DNA of 64,000 bases from Centroscyllium fabricii (Eukaryota): the NCBI GenBank assembly GCA_051313645.2, contig JBNRSN020000029.1:21266001-21330000 (forward strand). Reading direction: 5' to 3'. The notes under the pieces were generated by a model that saw only the letters and a list, made by a program, of their open reading frames with translations, did no database searches and was not told where the DNA came from. The number at the start of each line of letters is the position of its first letter. Position 1 is the stretch's first letter. Made by a program: the position numbers and the translations under genes. Positions 1 through 11,600 of this stretch are shown in pieces.

Positions 1-1472
1 GGCCCAAATGCAAGACACTGGGACAACGGTCTAGAGCTAAGATTCCTTTATTTCCCCACATAAAAATGCCAGAAATTCTATATACATACAGTCAAAATAT
101 AACAATACAAAAATCAACGACATACACAAAACGCTTCGGATCCCCAGGACACTCAGCGAAGAGCATCAAAGAGTTAGGAACTAGAACAAGCTTTCCTCTG
201 TGAGTAGAACCCTTTACAACGCCTACTTCAATCAGAGTGGAACAAGCTTTATTCTGAACTGGAACAAGTTTTCTTCTGAACTGGAACAAGCTTTCTTCTG
301 TGCGTAGAACCTTTTACAACGACTACTACCATCAGAGTGGAACAAGCTTTATTTTGAACTGGAGCAAGTTTTCTTCTGAACTGGAACAAGCTTTCTTCTG
401 TGCGTAGAACCTTTTACAACGACTACTACCATCAGAGTGGAACAAGCTTTATTCTGAACTGGAACAAGTTTTCTTCTGAACTGGAACAAGCTTTCCTCTG
501 TGCGTAGAACCTTTTACAACGACTACTACCATCAGAGTGGAACAAGCTTTATTCTGAACTGGAACAAGTTTTCTTCTGAACTGGAACAAGCTTTCTTCTG
601 TACGTAGAACCTTTTACAACGACTACTACCATCAGAGTGGAACAAGCTTTATTCTGAACTGGAACAAGTTTTCTTCTGAACTGGAACAAGCTTTCCTCTG
701 TGCGTAGAACCTTTTACAACGGCTACTACCATCAGAGTGGAACAAGCTTTATTCTGAACTGGAACAAGTTTTCTTCTGAACTGGAACAAGCTTTCTTCTG
801 TGCGTAGAACCTTTTTCAACGACTACTACCATCAGAGTGGAACAAGCTTTATTCTGAACTGGAACAAGTTTCCTTCTGAACTGGAACAAGCTTTCTTCTG
901 TGCGTAGAACCTTTTACAACGACTACTACCATCAGAGTGGAACAAGCTTTATTCTGAACTGGAACAAGTTTTCTTCTGAACTGGAATAAGTTTTCTTCTA
1001 AACTCCCAGGACACTCAGCCAAGAGCATCATTATAACAGAAGGGGCATCCTAGTTATAAGGATTACATGTCCAATCCTGAGTTCAGGTGATAGAGAGCAA
1101 TGTCCAGAATGTAGAAACAGGAATTCTCCAGAGTCCACTCCACCGCGGGGTCTCACTCCAACAGAGTTTTCAGAAGGAGAATCCATAATATCTACAAGCA
1201 GGTGAACTCCCCACTTACACTGCCTCCACGGAGCTAGGACAGCACATCTGTATCCTAGTGTAGGTAACGATCCGGCAATCTCCAGTTGCCAACCTAAAGC
1301 TTAAATACAGCTCAAGCTAATTGAGTAATTAGCTCAGTCCCCTTAATTGCACAAAACAATAAACGAGGTACAACTAGCTGTATTAACAGGAAAACAAGGT
1401 ACAATGAACAAAACAGAGAACAGACATAGAATTCAAAGATGGAATCTTTAAAGGAGAATTCCATCTATGACA
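1..1472 (-). mobile_element. Putative long LTR inserted into the satellite, running off the window start
   Basis: The unique sequence ends ...CTATGACA at 1472, i.e. a minus-strand TGTCA start, and satellite resumes immediately. The resumed sequence GTAACGGGCCGTGGGACGGGGTGC also occurs uninterrupted at ~3665. Minus-strand TATTTAAG at ~1300-1307 and AATAAA at 47-52. No second terminus is visible. Confidence 0.45.
182..1000. repeat. 100-bp tandem repeat, about 8 near-identical copies
   Basis: GACTACTACCATCAGAGTGG recurs at 321, 421, 521, 621, 721 (one substitution), 821 and 921. Each unit has the internal sub-repeat TTCTGAACTGGAACAAG and two AAGCTT sites. Confidence 0.97.
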
Positions 1473-4400
1473 GTAACGGGCCGTGGGACGGGGTGCTAAG
1501 GGCTGAGGGACCGGTTGCTAAGGGCCGATAAACTTGTTGGGAATGGTTAATAAGGTCCAAGGGACTTGTAGGTAAGGTCCAAGGGATTAGTTGGTACAGG
1601 TTGCAAAGGTCCAAGGGACTTGTTGGGACTGGGTGGTAAGCGCCTTGGGACCGGGTGCTAAGGGCCATGGGACCGGGTGCTAAGGGCCATGGGAACGGGT
1701 GTTAAGGGCCATGGGACCGGGTGCTAAGGGCCATGGGACCGGGTGTTAAGGGCCATGGGACTGGGTGTTAAGGGCCATGGGACCGGGTGCTAAGGGCCAT
1801 GTGACCAGGTGCTAAGGGCCATGGGACAGGGTGCTAAGAGCCATGGGACCGGGTGCTAAGGGCCATGGGACCGGGTGCTAAGGGCCATGGGACCGGGTGC
1901 TAAGGGCCCTGGGACCGGGTGCTAAGGGCCTTAGGCCCGAGTGCTAAGGGCCATGAGACCGGGTGCTGAGGGCCATGGGACCGGGTGCTAAGGGCCATGG
2001 GACCGGGTGCTAAGGGCCATGGGACCGGGTGCTAAGTGCCATGGGACCGGGTGCTAAGAGCCATGGGACCGGGTGCTAAGGGCCATGGGACCGGGTGCTA
2101 AGGGCCCTGGGACCGGGTGCTAAGAGCCATGGGACCGGGTGCTAAGGGCCATTGGACCGGGTGCTAAGGGCCATAGGACCAGGTGCTAAAAGCCATGGGA
2201 CCGGGTGCTAAGGGCCTTGGGCCCGAGTGCTAAGGGCCATGGGACCGGGTGCTGAGGGCCATGGGACCAGGTGCTAAGGGCCATAGGACCAGGTGCTAAA
2301 AGCCATGGGACCGGGTGCTAAGGGCCTTGGGCCCGAGTGCTAAGAGCCATGGGACCGGGTGCTGAGGGCCATGGGACCAGGTGCTAAGTGCCATGGGACC
2401 GGGTGCTAAGGGCCATGGGTCCTAGTGCTAAGGGCCATGGGACCGGGTGCTGAGGGCCATGGGACCAGGTGCTAAGGGCCATGGGACCGGGTGCTAAGGG
2501 CCATGGGACCGGGTGCTAAGAGCCATGGGACTGGGTGCTAAGAGCCATGGGACCGGGTGCTAAGAGCCATGGGACTGGGTGCTAAGAGCCATGGGACCGG
2601 GTGCTAAGGGCCATGGGACCAGTTGGTAATGGACATGGGACAAGTTGCAAAGGGCCGTGGGATCGGTTGCTACTGGCCGGGGCACCCTGTGCTAAGGGTC
2701 ATGAGACCGGTTGCTAAGGGCCAAGGAATTTGTTGTCACTGGTTGATAAGGTCCAAGGACTGGTTGCTAAGAGCAAAGGGGCATTTTGGGACTGGTTGCT
2801 AAGGTCCAAGAGACTTGTTCGGACTGGGTGCTCAGACCCTTGGGACTGGTGCTAAGGACCTTGGGACAAGTTGCTAAGGGCCCTGGGACAGGGTGCCAAG
2901 GGCCCTGGGACAGGGTGTCGAGGGCCATGGGACAGGGTGCCAAGGACCATGGGACAGGGTGCCAAGGGCCAGGGGACAGGGTGCTAAGGGACATGGTACT
3001 GTGTGCTAAGTGCCGTGGGACCAGGTGGTAAGAGCCTTGGGACCAGTTGCTGAGGGCCGTGGGACCAGGTGCTAAGGGCCGAGGGACTGTGAGCAAAGGG
3101 CCAAGGGACTGGTTACTAAGGGCCGTGGGACATGGTGTAAAGGGCCGTGGGACCAGTTGTTAAGGGCCGCGGGACCGGGTGCTAAGGGCCGAGGGACTGC
3201 GAGCAAAGGGCCGAGGGACTGGTTACTAAGTGTCGTGGAACCGGATGCTAAAGACCTAGGGACTGGATGCTAATGGCCGTGGGACATGGTGTAAAGGGCC
3301 GTGGGACCAGTTGTTAAGGGCCGCGGGACCGGGTGCTAAGGGCCGAGGGACTGCGAGCAAAGGGCCGAGGGACTGGTTACTAAGTGTCGTGGAACCGGAT
3401 GCTAAAGACCTAGGGACTGGATGCTAATGGCCGTGGGACTGAGTGCAAAGGGCACTGCAACCGGGTGATAATGGCCATGGGACCACGTGCAAAGGGCCTT
3501 AGGACCGGGTTTAAAGGGCCTTGGGACCGGATGCTAGGGGTCCTGGGACAGGGTTCTAAGGGCCGAGGGACCGGGTGCTAAGGGCCTTGGGATTGGGTGC
3601 TAAATGCCATGGGACCAGTAGCTAATGGACGTGGGACACAGTGCTAAGGGCCGTGGGATCGGTTGTAACGGGCCGTGGGACGGGGTGCTAAGGTTGAGGG
3701 ACCAGTTGCTAAGGGCTGATAAACTTGTTGGGACTGGTTGATAAGGTCCAAGGGACTTGTAGTTAAGGTCCAAGGGATTAGTTAGTACAGGTTGCTAAGG
3801 TCCAAAGGACTTGTAGGGACTTGGTGTTAAGCGCCTTGGGACCAGTGCTAAGTGTCTTGGGACCGGTGCTCAGGGCCATGGGACCGGGAGCTAAGGGTGT
3901 GGGACCGGTTGCTGAGGGCCGCGGGACCCGGTGTTCAGGGCCAGAGGACCGGGAACAAAGGGCCGAGAGACCGATTGCTAAGGGCCATGAGACCAGTTGC
4001 TATGGGCCATGGGACAGGCTGCTAAGGGCCACAGGACAGGGTGCTAAAAGCCATGCAACCTGCTGCTGAGGACCGTGGGACCGGTTGCTAAGGGTCATGG
4101 GATCAGGTGCTAAGGGTCATGGGATCAGGTGCTAAGGGCCAAGGCATCGGGTGTTAAGGGTTATGGGACCAGTTGCTAAGGGCCGAGGGACTGGTTGCTA
4201 AGGCCCAATGGGAATGGTTGCTAACGGCCATGGGATCGGTTGCTTAGGGCCAGGTGACAGGTTGCTAAAGGCCGGTTGCTAAGTCCCATGCGACTGTTTG
4301 CAAAGGGCCATGGAGCTGGTTGCCAAGGGCAAGGATACCTGTTGCTAAGAGCCAAGGAAACGGTTGCTAAAGGCCATGGAAATGGTTGCTAAGGGCCAAG

Positions 4401-7400
4401 GGACCGGCAGCTAATGGCCAGGGCTAGTTGCTAAGATCGAAGGAACTGGTTGCTAAGAGCCATATGGGCAGTTGCTAAGGGCCATGGGACCGGGTGCAAA
4501 GTGCCTTGGGACCGGGTGCCCAGGGCCATGGGACCGGATGCTAAGGGTCAAGGGATCAGGTGCTAAGGGCCCTGGGACCGGGTGCGAAGGGCAATGGGAC
4601 CGGCTGCTAAGTGCCATGGGACCGGGTGGTGAGTGCCATGGGACCGGGTGTTAAAGGGCAAGGGAGGCCAAGGGACAGGTTGCTAAGGGCCGAGGGACAG
4701 GGTGCTAAGGGCCTTGGACCGGTTACTACGGATTCTGGGACCGGGTGCTAAGGGCCGTGGGACCGGTGCAAAGGTACATGGGACCGGTTGCTAAGGACCC
4801 TGGGACTGGGTGTAAACGGCCGTGGGACCGGGTGCTAACGGCCGTGGGACCGGGTGCTAAGGGCCCTGGGACAGGGTGCTAAGGGGACATGGGACACGGT
4901 GCTAAGGGCCGTGGGATAAGTTGCTAAGGGCCATGAGACAGGGTGGGAATAGCCTTGGGACCACCCGCTAAGAGCCGTGGAACCAACTGCTAAGGGACGT
5001 GAGACATGGTGCTAAGGGTCATGGGAACAGTAGCTAAGTGCCCCTCTCCAGGTGCTAAGAGCCATTGGACCGGTAGCAAAGGGCCGAGGGACCGGTTGCT
5101 AAGTGCCGTTGTACCGGATGCTATGGGCCAAGGGACCGGCTGCTAAGTGCTATGAGACCAATTACTAAAGCTGAGAGAACGGTTCCTAAGGGCCATGGGA
5201 CAGGGTGCTAAGAGCCTTGGGACCGGGTGCTGAGAGCTGAGGGACCAGTTGCTAAGGGCCATGGGATCGGGCGCTAATGTCCAGAGCACCGGGTGCTAAG
5301 GAGCAAGGGACTGGTTGCTAAGTGCCATGGAACAAGTTGCTAAGGGCCAGGTAACTGGTTGCTAAGGGCCGGTTGCTAAGTCCCATGCGACCGGTTGCCA
5401 AGGGCAAGGTGACCGGTTGCGAAGTGCCAAGAAAACGGTTGCTAAGTGCCATGGAAACGGTTGCTAAGGGTCAAGGGACTGGTAGCTGCTAGCCAAGGCA
5501 CCGGTAGCTAAGAACCACAGTCAATTGCTAAGAGCGAAGGGACTGGTTGCTAAGAGTCATTGTGACAGTTGCCACGGGCGATGCGACCGGGTGCTAGGGG
5601 CTGTGGGACCGGCTGTTAAGGGCCAAGGGACCAGGTGCTAAGGGCCATGGGACAGGGTGCTAAGGGCTGAGGGACCGGTTGCTAAGGGCCATGGGATCGG
5701 GCGCTAAGGGCCGAGGCACTGGTTGGTAATGTCCAAGGGAGTTGTAGGTAAGGTCCAAGGGATTAGTTGGAACTGGTTGCCAAGAGCAAAGGTGTTTTTT
5801 GGGAGTGATTGCTAAGGTCCAAGAGACTTGTTGGAACTGGGTGCTAAGGGCCTTCGGACCGGTGCTAAAGACCATGGGCCCAGTTGCTAAGGGCCCTGGA
5901 ACAGGGTGCCAAGGGCCATGGGACAGGGTGCCAAGGGCCATAGGACAGGGTGCTAGGGGACGTGGTACCGTGTGTTAAGTGCCGTGGGACCGTGTGGTAA
6001 GAGCCATGGGACCAGTTGCTAAGGGCCGTGGGACACAGTGTTAAGGGCCATGGGACACGGTGTTAAGGGCCATGGGACACAGTGTTAAGGGCTGTGGGAC
6101 CAGTTGCTGAGGGCCGCGAGACCGGGTGCTAAGGGCCGAGGGACTGCGAGCAAAGGGCCGAGGGACTGGATGCTAAGGGCCGTGGGACAAGGTGCTAACG
6201 GTGTGGGACCAGTTGCTAAGGGCCGCGGGACCAGGTGTTAAGGGCTGAGGGACCGGTTGCTATGGGCCGATAAACTTGTTGGGACTGGTTGATAAGGTCC
6301 ATAGGACTTGTAGGTGAGGTCCAAGGGATTCGTTGCGATTGGTTGCTGTGGTCCAAGGGACTTGTTGTGACTGGGTGGTAAGTGTCTTGGGACCAGTGCT
6401 AATGGTCATGGGACCGGTTGTTAAGGACCCTGGGACCGGGTGCTATGGTAAGAGCCATGGGACCAGTTGCTATGGGTCATGGGACAAGATGCTAAGGGTG
6501 TGGGACCGGTTACTAAGGGCCGCGGGACCGGGTGTTAAGGGCCATGGGACTGGGAGCAAAGGGCCGAGGGATCGGTTGCTAAGGGCCATGTGAATGGTTG
6601 CTAAGGGCCATGGGATCGGTTGCTAAGGGCCATGTGACAGGTTGCTAAAGGCCGGATGCTAAGTCCCATCTGACTGGTTGCTAAGGGCCATGGAGCCGGT
6701 TGCCAAGGGCAAGGAGACCGGTTGCTAAGAGCCAAGGAATCGGTTGCTAAATGCCATGGAAATGGTTGCTAAGGGCCAAGGGACCGGCAACTAAGGGCCA
6801 CGGTCAGTTGCTCAGAGCGAAGGTACTGGTTGCTAAGAGCCATGGGTGCAGTTGCTAAGGGCCATGGGACCGGGTGCAAAGGGCCTTGGGACCGGGTGCC
6901 CAGGGCCATGGGACCGGATGTTAGGTGTCAAGGGATCAGGTGCTAAGGGCCCTGGGACCAGGTGAGAAGGACAGTGGGACCGGGTGCTAAGTGCCTTGGG
7001 ACCGGGTGCTAAGTGCCATGGGACCGGGTGCTAAAGGCCAAGGGACCAGTTGCTAAGGGTCAAGATATCAGTGGCTAAGGGCCGAGGGAGAGGGTGGTAA
7101 GGGGCTTGGACCGGTTACTACGGATCCTGGGACCGGATGCTAAGGGCCGTGGGACCGGTGCAAAGGTCCATGGGACCGGTTGCTACGGACCCTGGGACCG
7201 GGTGCTAACGGCTGTGGGACCGGGTGCTAACGGCCATGGGACTGGGTGCTAAGGGTCCTGGGACAGGGTGCTAATGGGACATGGGACACGGTGCTAAGGG
7301 CCGTGGGACCGGTTGCTAAGGGCGGTGGGACTTGGTGGTAAGAGCCATGGGACCACCTGCTAGGAGCCATGGATCCAACTGCCAAGGGCCATGAGACATG

Positions 7401-8243
7401 GTGCTAAGGGCCGTGGGACCAGCAGCTATGTGCCGCTCTCTGGGTGCTAAGGGCCATTGGATCGGGAGCAAAGGACCGAGGGACCGGTTGCTAAGTGCCG
7501 TGGGACCAGATGCTATGGGCCAAGGGACTGGTTGCTAAGTGCCATGAGACCAGTTACCAAGGACTGAGAGACCAGTTGCTAAGTGCCGAGAGACCGGTTG
7601 CTAATGGCCATGGGACAGGGTGCTCAGAGCCTTGGGAGTGGGTGCTGAGAACTGAGGGAGCAGTTGCTAAGGGCCATGGGATTGGCTGCTAAGAGCCATG
7701 GGAATGGGCGCTAACGGCCAGGGCACCGGGTGCTCAGGACCGAGGGACTGGTTGATAAGTGACATGGAAACAGTTGCTAAGGGCCAGGTGACCGGTTGCT
7801 AAGGGCCGTTTGCTAAGTTCCATGTGACCGGTTGCCAAGAGCCGTGGGTCCGGTTGCCAAGGGCAAGGAGACCGGTTGCTAAATGTCAAGAAAACGGTTG
7901 CTAAGGGCCATGGAAACGGTTGCGAAGGGCCAAGGGACCGGCAGCAAAGCGCCAAGGGACTGGCAGCTTCGGGCCAAGGGACCGGAAGCTAAGAGCCAAG
8001 GGACCGGTAGCTAAGGGCCATGACCAATTGCTAAGAACGAAGGGACTGGTTGCTAAGAGTCATGGGGACAGTTGCTACGGGCCATGGGACCGGGTGTATA
8101 GGGCCTTGCGACCGGGTGTTAGGGGCCATGGGACCAGCTGCTAAGAGCCAAGGGACCAGGTGCTAAGGGCCATGGGACAGGGGTTAAGGTCTGAGGGACC
8201 GGTTGCTAAGGGCCATGGGATCAGTTGCTAAGGGCCATGGGAT

Positions 8244-8644
8244 CATAGAAACATAACATGGAGCAGGAGTAGGCCATTCGGCCCTTCGAGCCTGCTCCGC
8301 CATTCAATGAGATCGTGGCTGATCATTCAAACCCAACACCCTGTCCCTGCCCCCTCCCCACATCCCTCGATCCCTATCGAGCCTGCACTGACACATATCC
8401 CACCCTATCCCCATAACCCCACACATTCAATCACCCTAACACTAATGGTCAATTTATCATGGCCAATCAACCTAACCCGCACATCTTTGGACTGTGGGAG
8501 GAAACCGGAGCACCCGGAGGAAACCCACGCAGACACGAGGAGAATGTGCAAACTCCACACAGATAGTACCCGAGGCTGGATTTGAACCCGGGTCTCTAGT
8601 GTTGTGAGGCAACAGTGCTAACCACTGTGCCACCGTGCTGCCCC
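8244..8644 (-). mobile_element. Full-length tRNA-derived V-SINE (HE1-like) with CR1-type tail, inserted in the satellite
   Basis: Minus-strand head GGGGCAGCACGGTGGCACAGTGGTTAGC (A box) and GGTTCAAATCC (B box). V-domain GTGGGTTTCCTCCGGGTGCTCCGGTTTCCTCCCACAGTCC. Tail GGCCTACTCCTGCTCC...TTTCTATG. Confidence 0.92.
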
Positions 8645-11600
8645 TTAGGCGCTAAGGGCGGAGGGACTGGTTGATAAGGTCCAAGGGACTTTTTGGCACT
8701 GGGTGGTAACGGCCTTGGGACCGGTTCTAATGGCAATGGGACCAGTTGCTAAGGTCCGTGGGACTGGGTGCTATGGTAAAAGCCATGGGACCAGTTGCTA
8801 AGGGCCGTGGGACAAGGTGCGAAAGGTGTGGGACCGGTTGCTGAGGGCCACGGGACCGGGTGTTAAGGGCCGAGTGACCGATTGCTAAGGGCCATGAGAC
8901 CGGTTGCTAAGTGCCATGAGACCAGTCACTAAGGGCTGAGAGACCAGTTACTAAGGGCTGAGAGACCGGTTGCTGAGTGCTGAGGGACCAGTTGCTAAGG
9001 GCCATGGGATTGGCTGCTAAGGGCCATGGGATCGGGCGCTAACGGCCAGGGCACTGGCTGCTCACGACCGAGGGACTGGTTGCTAAGTGACATGGAAACA
9101 GTTGCTAATGGCCAGATGACCGGTTGCTAAGGGCCGTTTGCTAAGTCCCATGCTACCGGTTGCCAAGTGCTGTGGGTCCATTTGCCAAGGGCAAGGAGAT
9201 CGGTTGCTAAGTGCCAAGAAAATGGTTGCTAAGGGCCATGGAAACGGTTGCTAAGGACAAAGGGACCGGCAGCTAAGGGCCAAGGGACCGATAGCTAAGG
9301 GCAATGGCTAATTGCTAAGAGTGAAGTGACTGGTTGCTAAGTGTCATGGGGACAGTTGCTGTGGGCCATGGGACTGGGTGCAAATGGCCTTGGGACCGGG
9401 TGTTAGAGGCCGTGGGACCAGGTGCTAAGGGCCAAGGGAGCAATTGCCATGGGACAGGGAGGTAAGGACTGAGGGACCGATTGCTAAGGGCCATGGGATC
9501 GGTTGCTAAGGGCCATGGGATCAGGCGCTAAGGGCCGAGGGACTGGTTGATAAGGTCTAAGGAACTTTTTGGGACTGGGTGGTAAGGACCTTGGGACCAC
9601 TGCTGAGTGCCTTGGGACCGGTTCTAAGGGTCATGGGACCAGCTGATAAGGACCATAGGATCGGGTGCTATGGTGAGAGCCATGGGACGACTTGCTAAGG
9701 GCCGTGGGACAAGATGCTAAGGGTGTGGGACTGGTTGCTAAGGGCCATGAGACCAATTGCTAAGGGACATGGGACAGGGTGCTAAGGACCAAGGGACCAG
9801 TTGCTAAGGGCCATGGGACAGGGTGCTAAGAGCCGTGCAACCTGGTGCTGAGGGCAGTGGGTCTGGTTGCTAATGGTCATGGAATTAGTTGCTAAGTGCC
9901 ATAGGATCAGGTGCTAAGCGCCAGGGCATCGGGTGTTAAGTGCCATGGGACCAGTTGCTAAGGGCCGAGGGACTGGTTGCTAAACGCCATGGAAATAGTT
10001 GCTAAGGGCCATGGGATCGGTTGCTAAGGGCCAGGTGACAGGTTGCTAAAGGCCGGTTGCTAAGTCCCATGCGACTGGTTGCTAAGGGCCATGGAGCCAG
10101 ACGCCAAGGGCAAGGAGACAGGTTGCTAAGAGCCAAGGAAACGGTTGCTAACGGCCATGGAAATGGATGCTAAAGGGCAAGGGACTGCCGGCAGCTGAGG
10201 GCCATGGCCAGTTGATATGAGCGAAGGGACTGGTTGCTAAGAGCCATGGGGGCAGTTGCTGAGGGCCATGGGACCGGGTGCAAAGGGCCTTGGGACCGGC
10301 TGCCCAGGGCCATGGGACCGGATGCTAAAGCTCAAGGGATCAGGTGCTAAGGGCCCTGGGACCGGGTGCGAACGGCAATGGGACCGGGTGCTAAGTGCCA
10401 TGGAACTGGGTACTAAAGGCGAAGGGACCAGTTGCTAAGGGCCGAGGGACAGGGTGCGAAGGGCCTTGTACCCAGTGTTAGGGGCCGTGGGACCGGCTGT
10501 TAAGGGCCAAGTGACCAGGTGCTAAGGGCCATGGGACAGGGAGGTAAGGACTGAGGGACCGATTGCTAATGGCCATGGGATCGGTTGCTAAGGGCCATGG
10601 GATCGGGCGCTAAGGGCCGTGGGACTGGTTGGTAAGGTCTAAGGGACTTTTTGGGACTGAGTAGTAAGGGCCTTGGGACCAGTGCTAAGTGCCTTGGGAC
10701 CGGTTCTAAGGGCCATGGGACCAGTTGCTAAGGACCGTGGGACCGGGTGCTATGGTAAGTGCCATGGGACGACTTGCTAAGGGCCATGGGACAAGATGCT
10801 AAGGGTGTAGGACCGGTTGCTAAGGGCCGCGGGACCAGGTGCTAAGGGCCATGGGACTGGGAGCAAAGGGCCGAGGGACCGGTTGCTGAGGGCCATGAGA
10901 CCAGTTGCTAAGGGACATGGGACAGGGTGCTAAGGGGCAAGGGACCAGTTGCTAAGGGCCATGGGACAGGGTGCTAAGAGCCGTGCAACCTGGTGCTGAG
11001 GGCAGTGGGACTGGTTGCTATTGGTCATGGAATCAGTTGCTAAGTGCCATGGGATCTGGTGCGAAGGGCCAGGGCATCGCGTGTTAACGGCCATGGGATC
11101 AGTTGCTAAGGGCCGAGGGACTGGTTGCTAAATGCCATGGAAATAGTTGCTAAGGGCCATGGGATCGGTTGCTAAGGGCCAGGTGACCGGTTGCTAAAGG
11201 CCGGTTGCTAAGTCCCATGCGACTGGTTGCTAAGGGCCATGGAGCCGGAGGCCAAGGGCAAGGAGATAGGTTGCTAAGAGCCAAGGAAACGGTTGCTAAC
11301 GACCATGGAAACGGATGCTGAAGGCCAAGGGACCGGCAGCTGAGGGCCACGGCCATTTGCTAAGAGTGAAGGGACCGGATGCTAAGGCTCAAGGGATCAT
11401 GTGCTAAGGGCCCTGGAACCGGGTGCGAAGGGCAATGGGACTGGGTGCTAACTGCCATGGAAATGGGTGCTAAAGGCGAAGGGGCCAGTTGCTAAGGGCC
11501 GAGGGACAGGGTGCGAAGGGCCTTGGACCGGTTATTACCGATCCTGGGACCAGGTGCTAAGGGCGTGGGACCGGTGCAAAGGTCCATGCGACCGGTTTCT

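Noticed and set aside
182-1000. Possible CRISPR array
   Set aside because: The sequence between repeats is itself identical, so there are no unique spacers. There are no cas genes and the context is eukaryotic.
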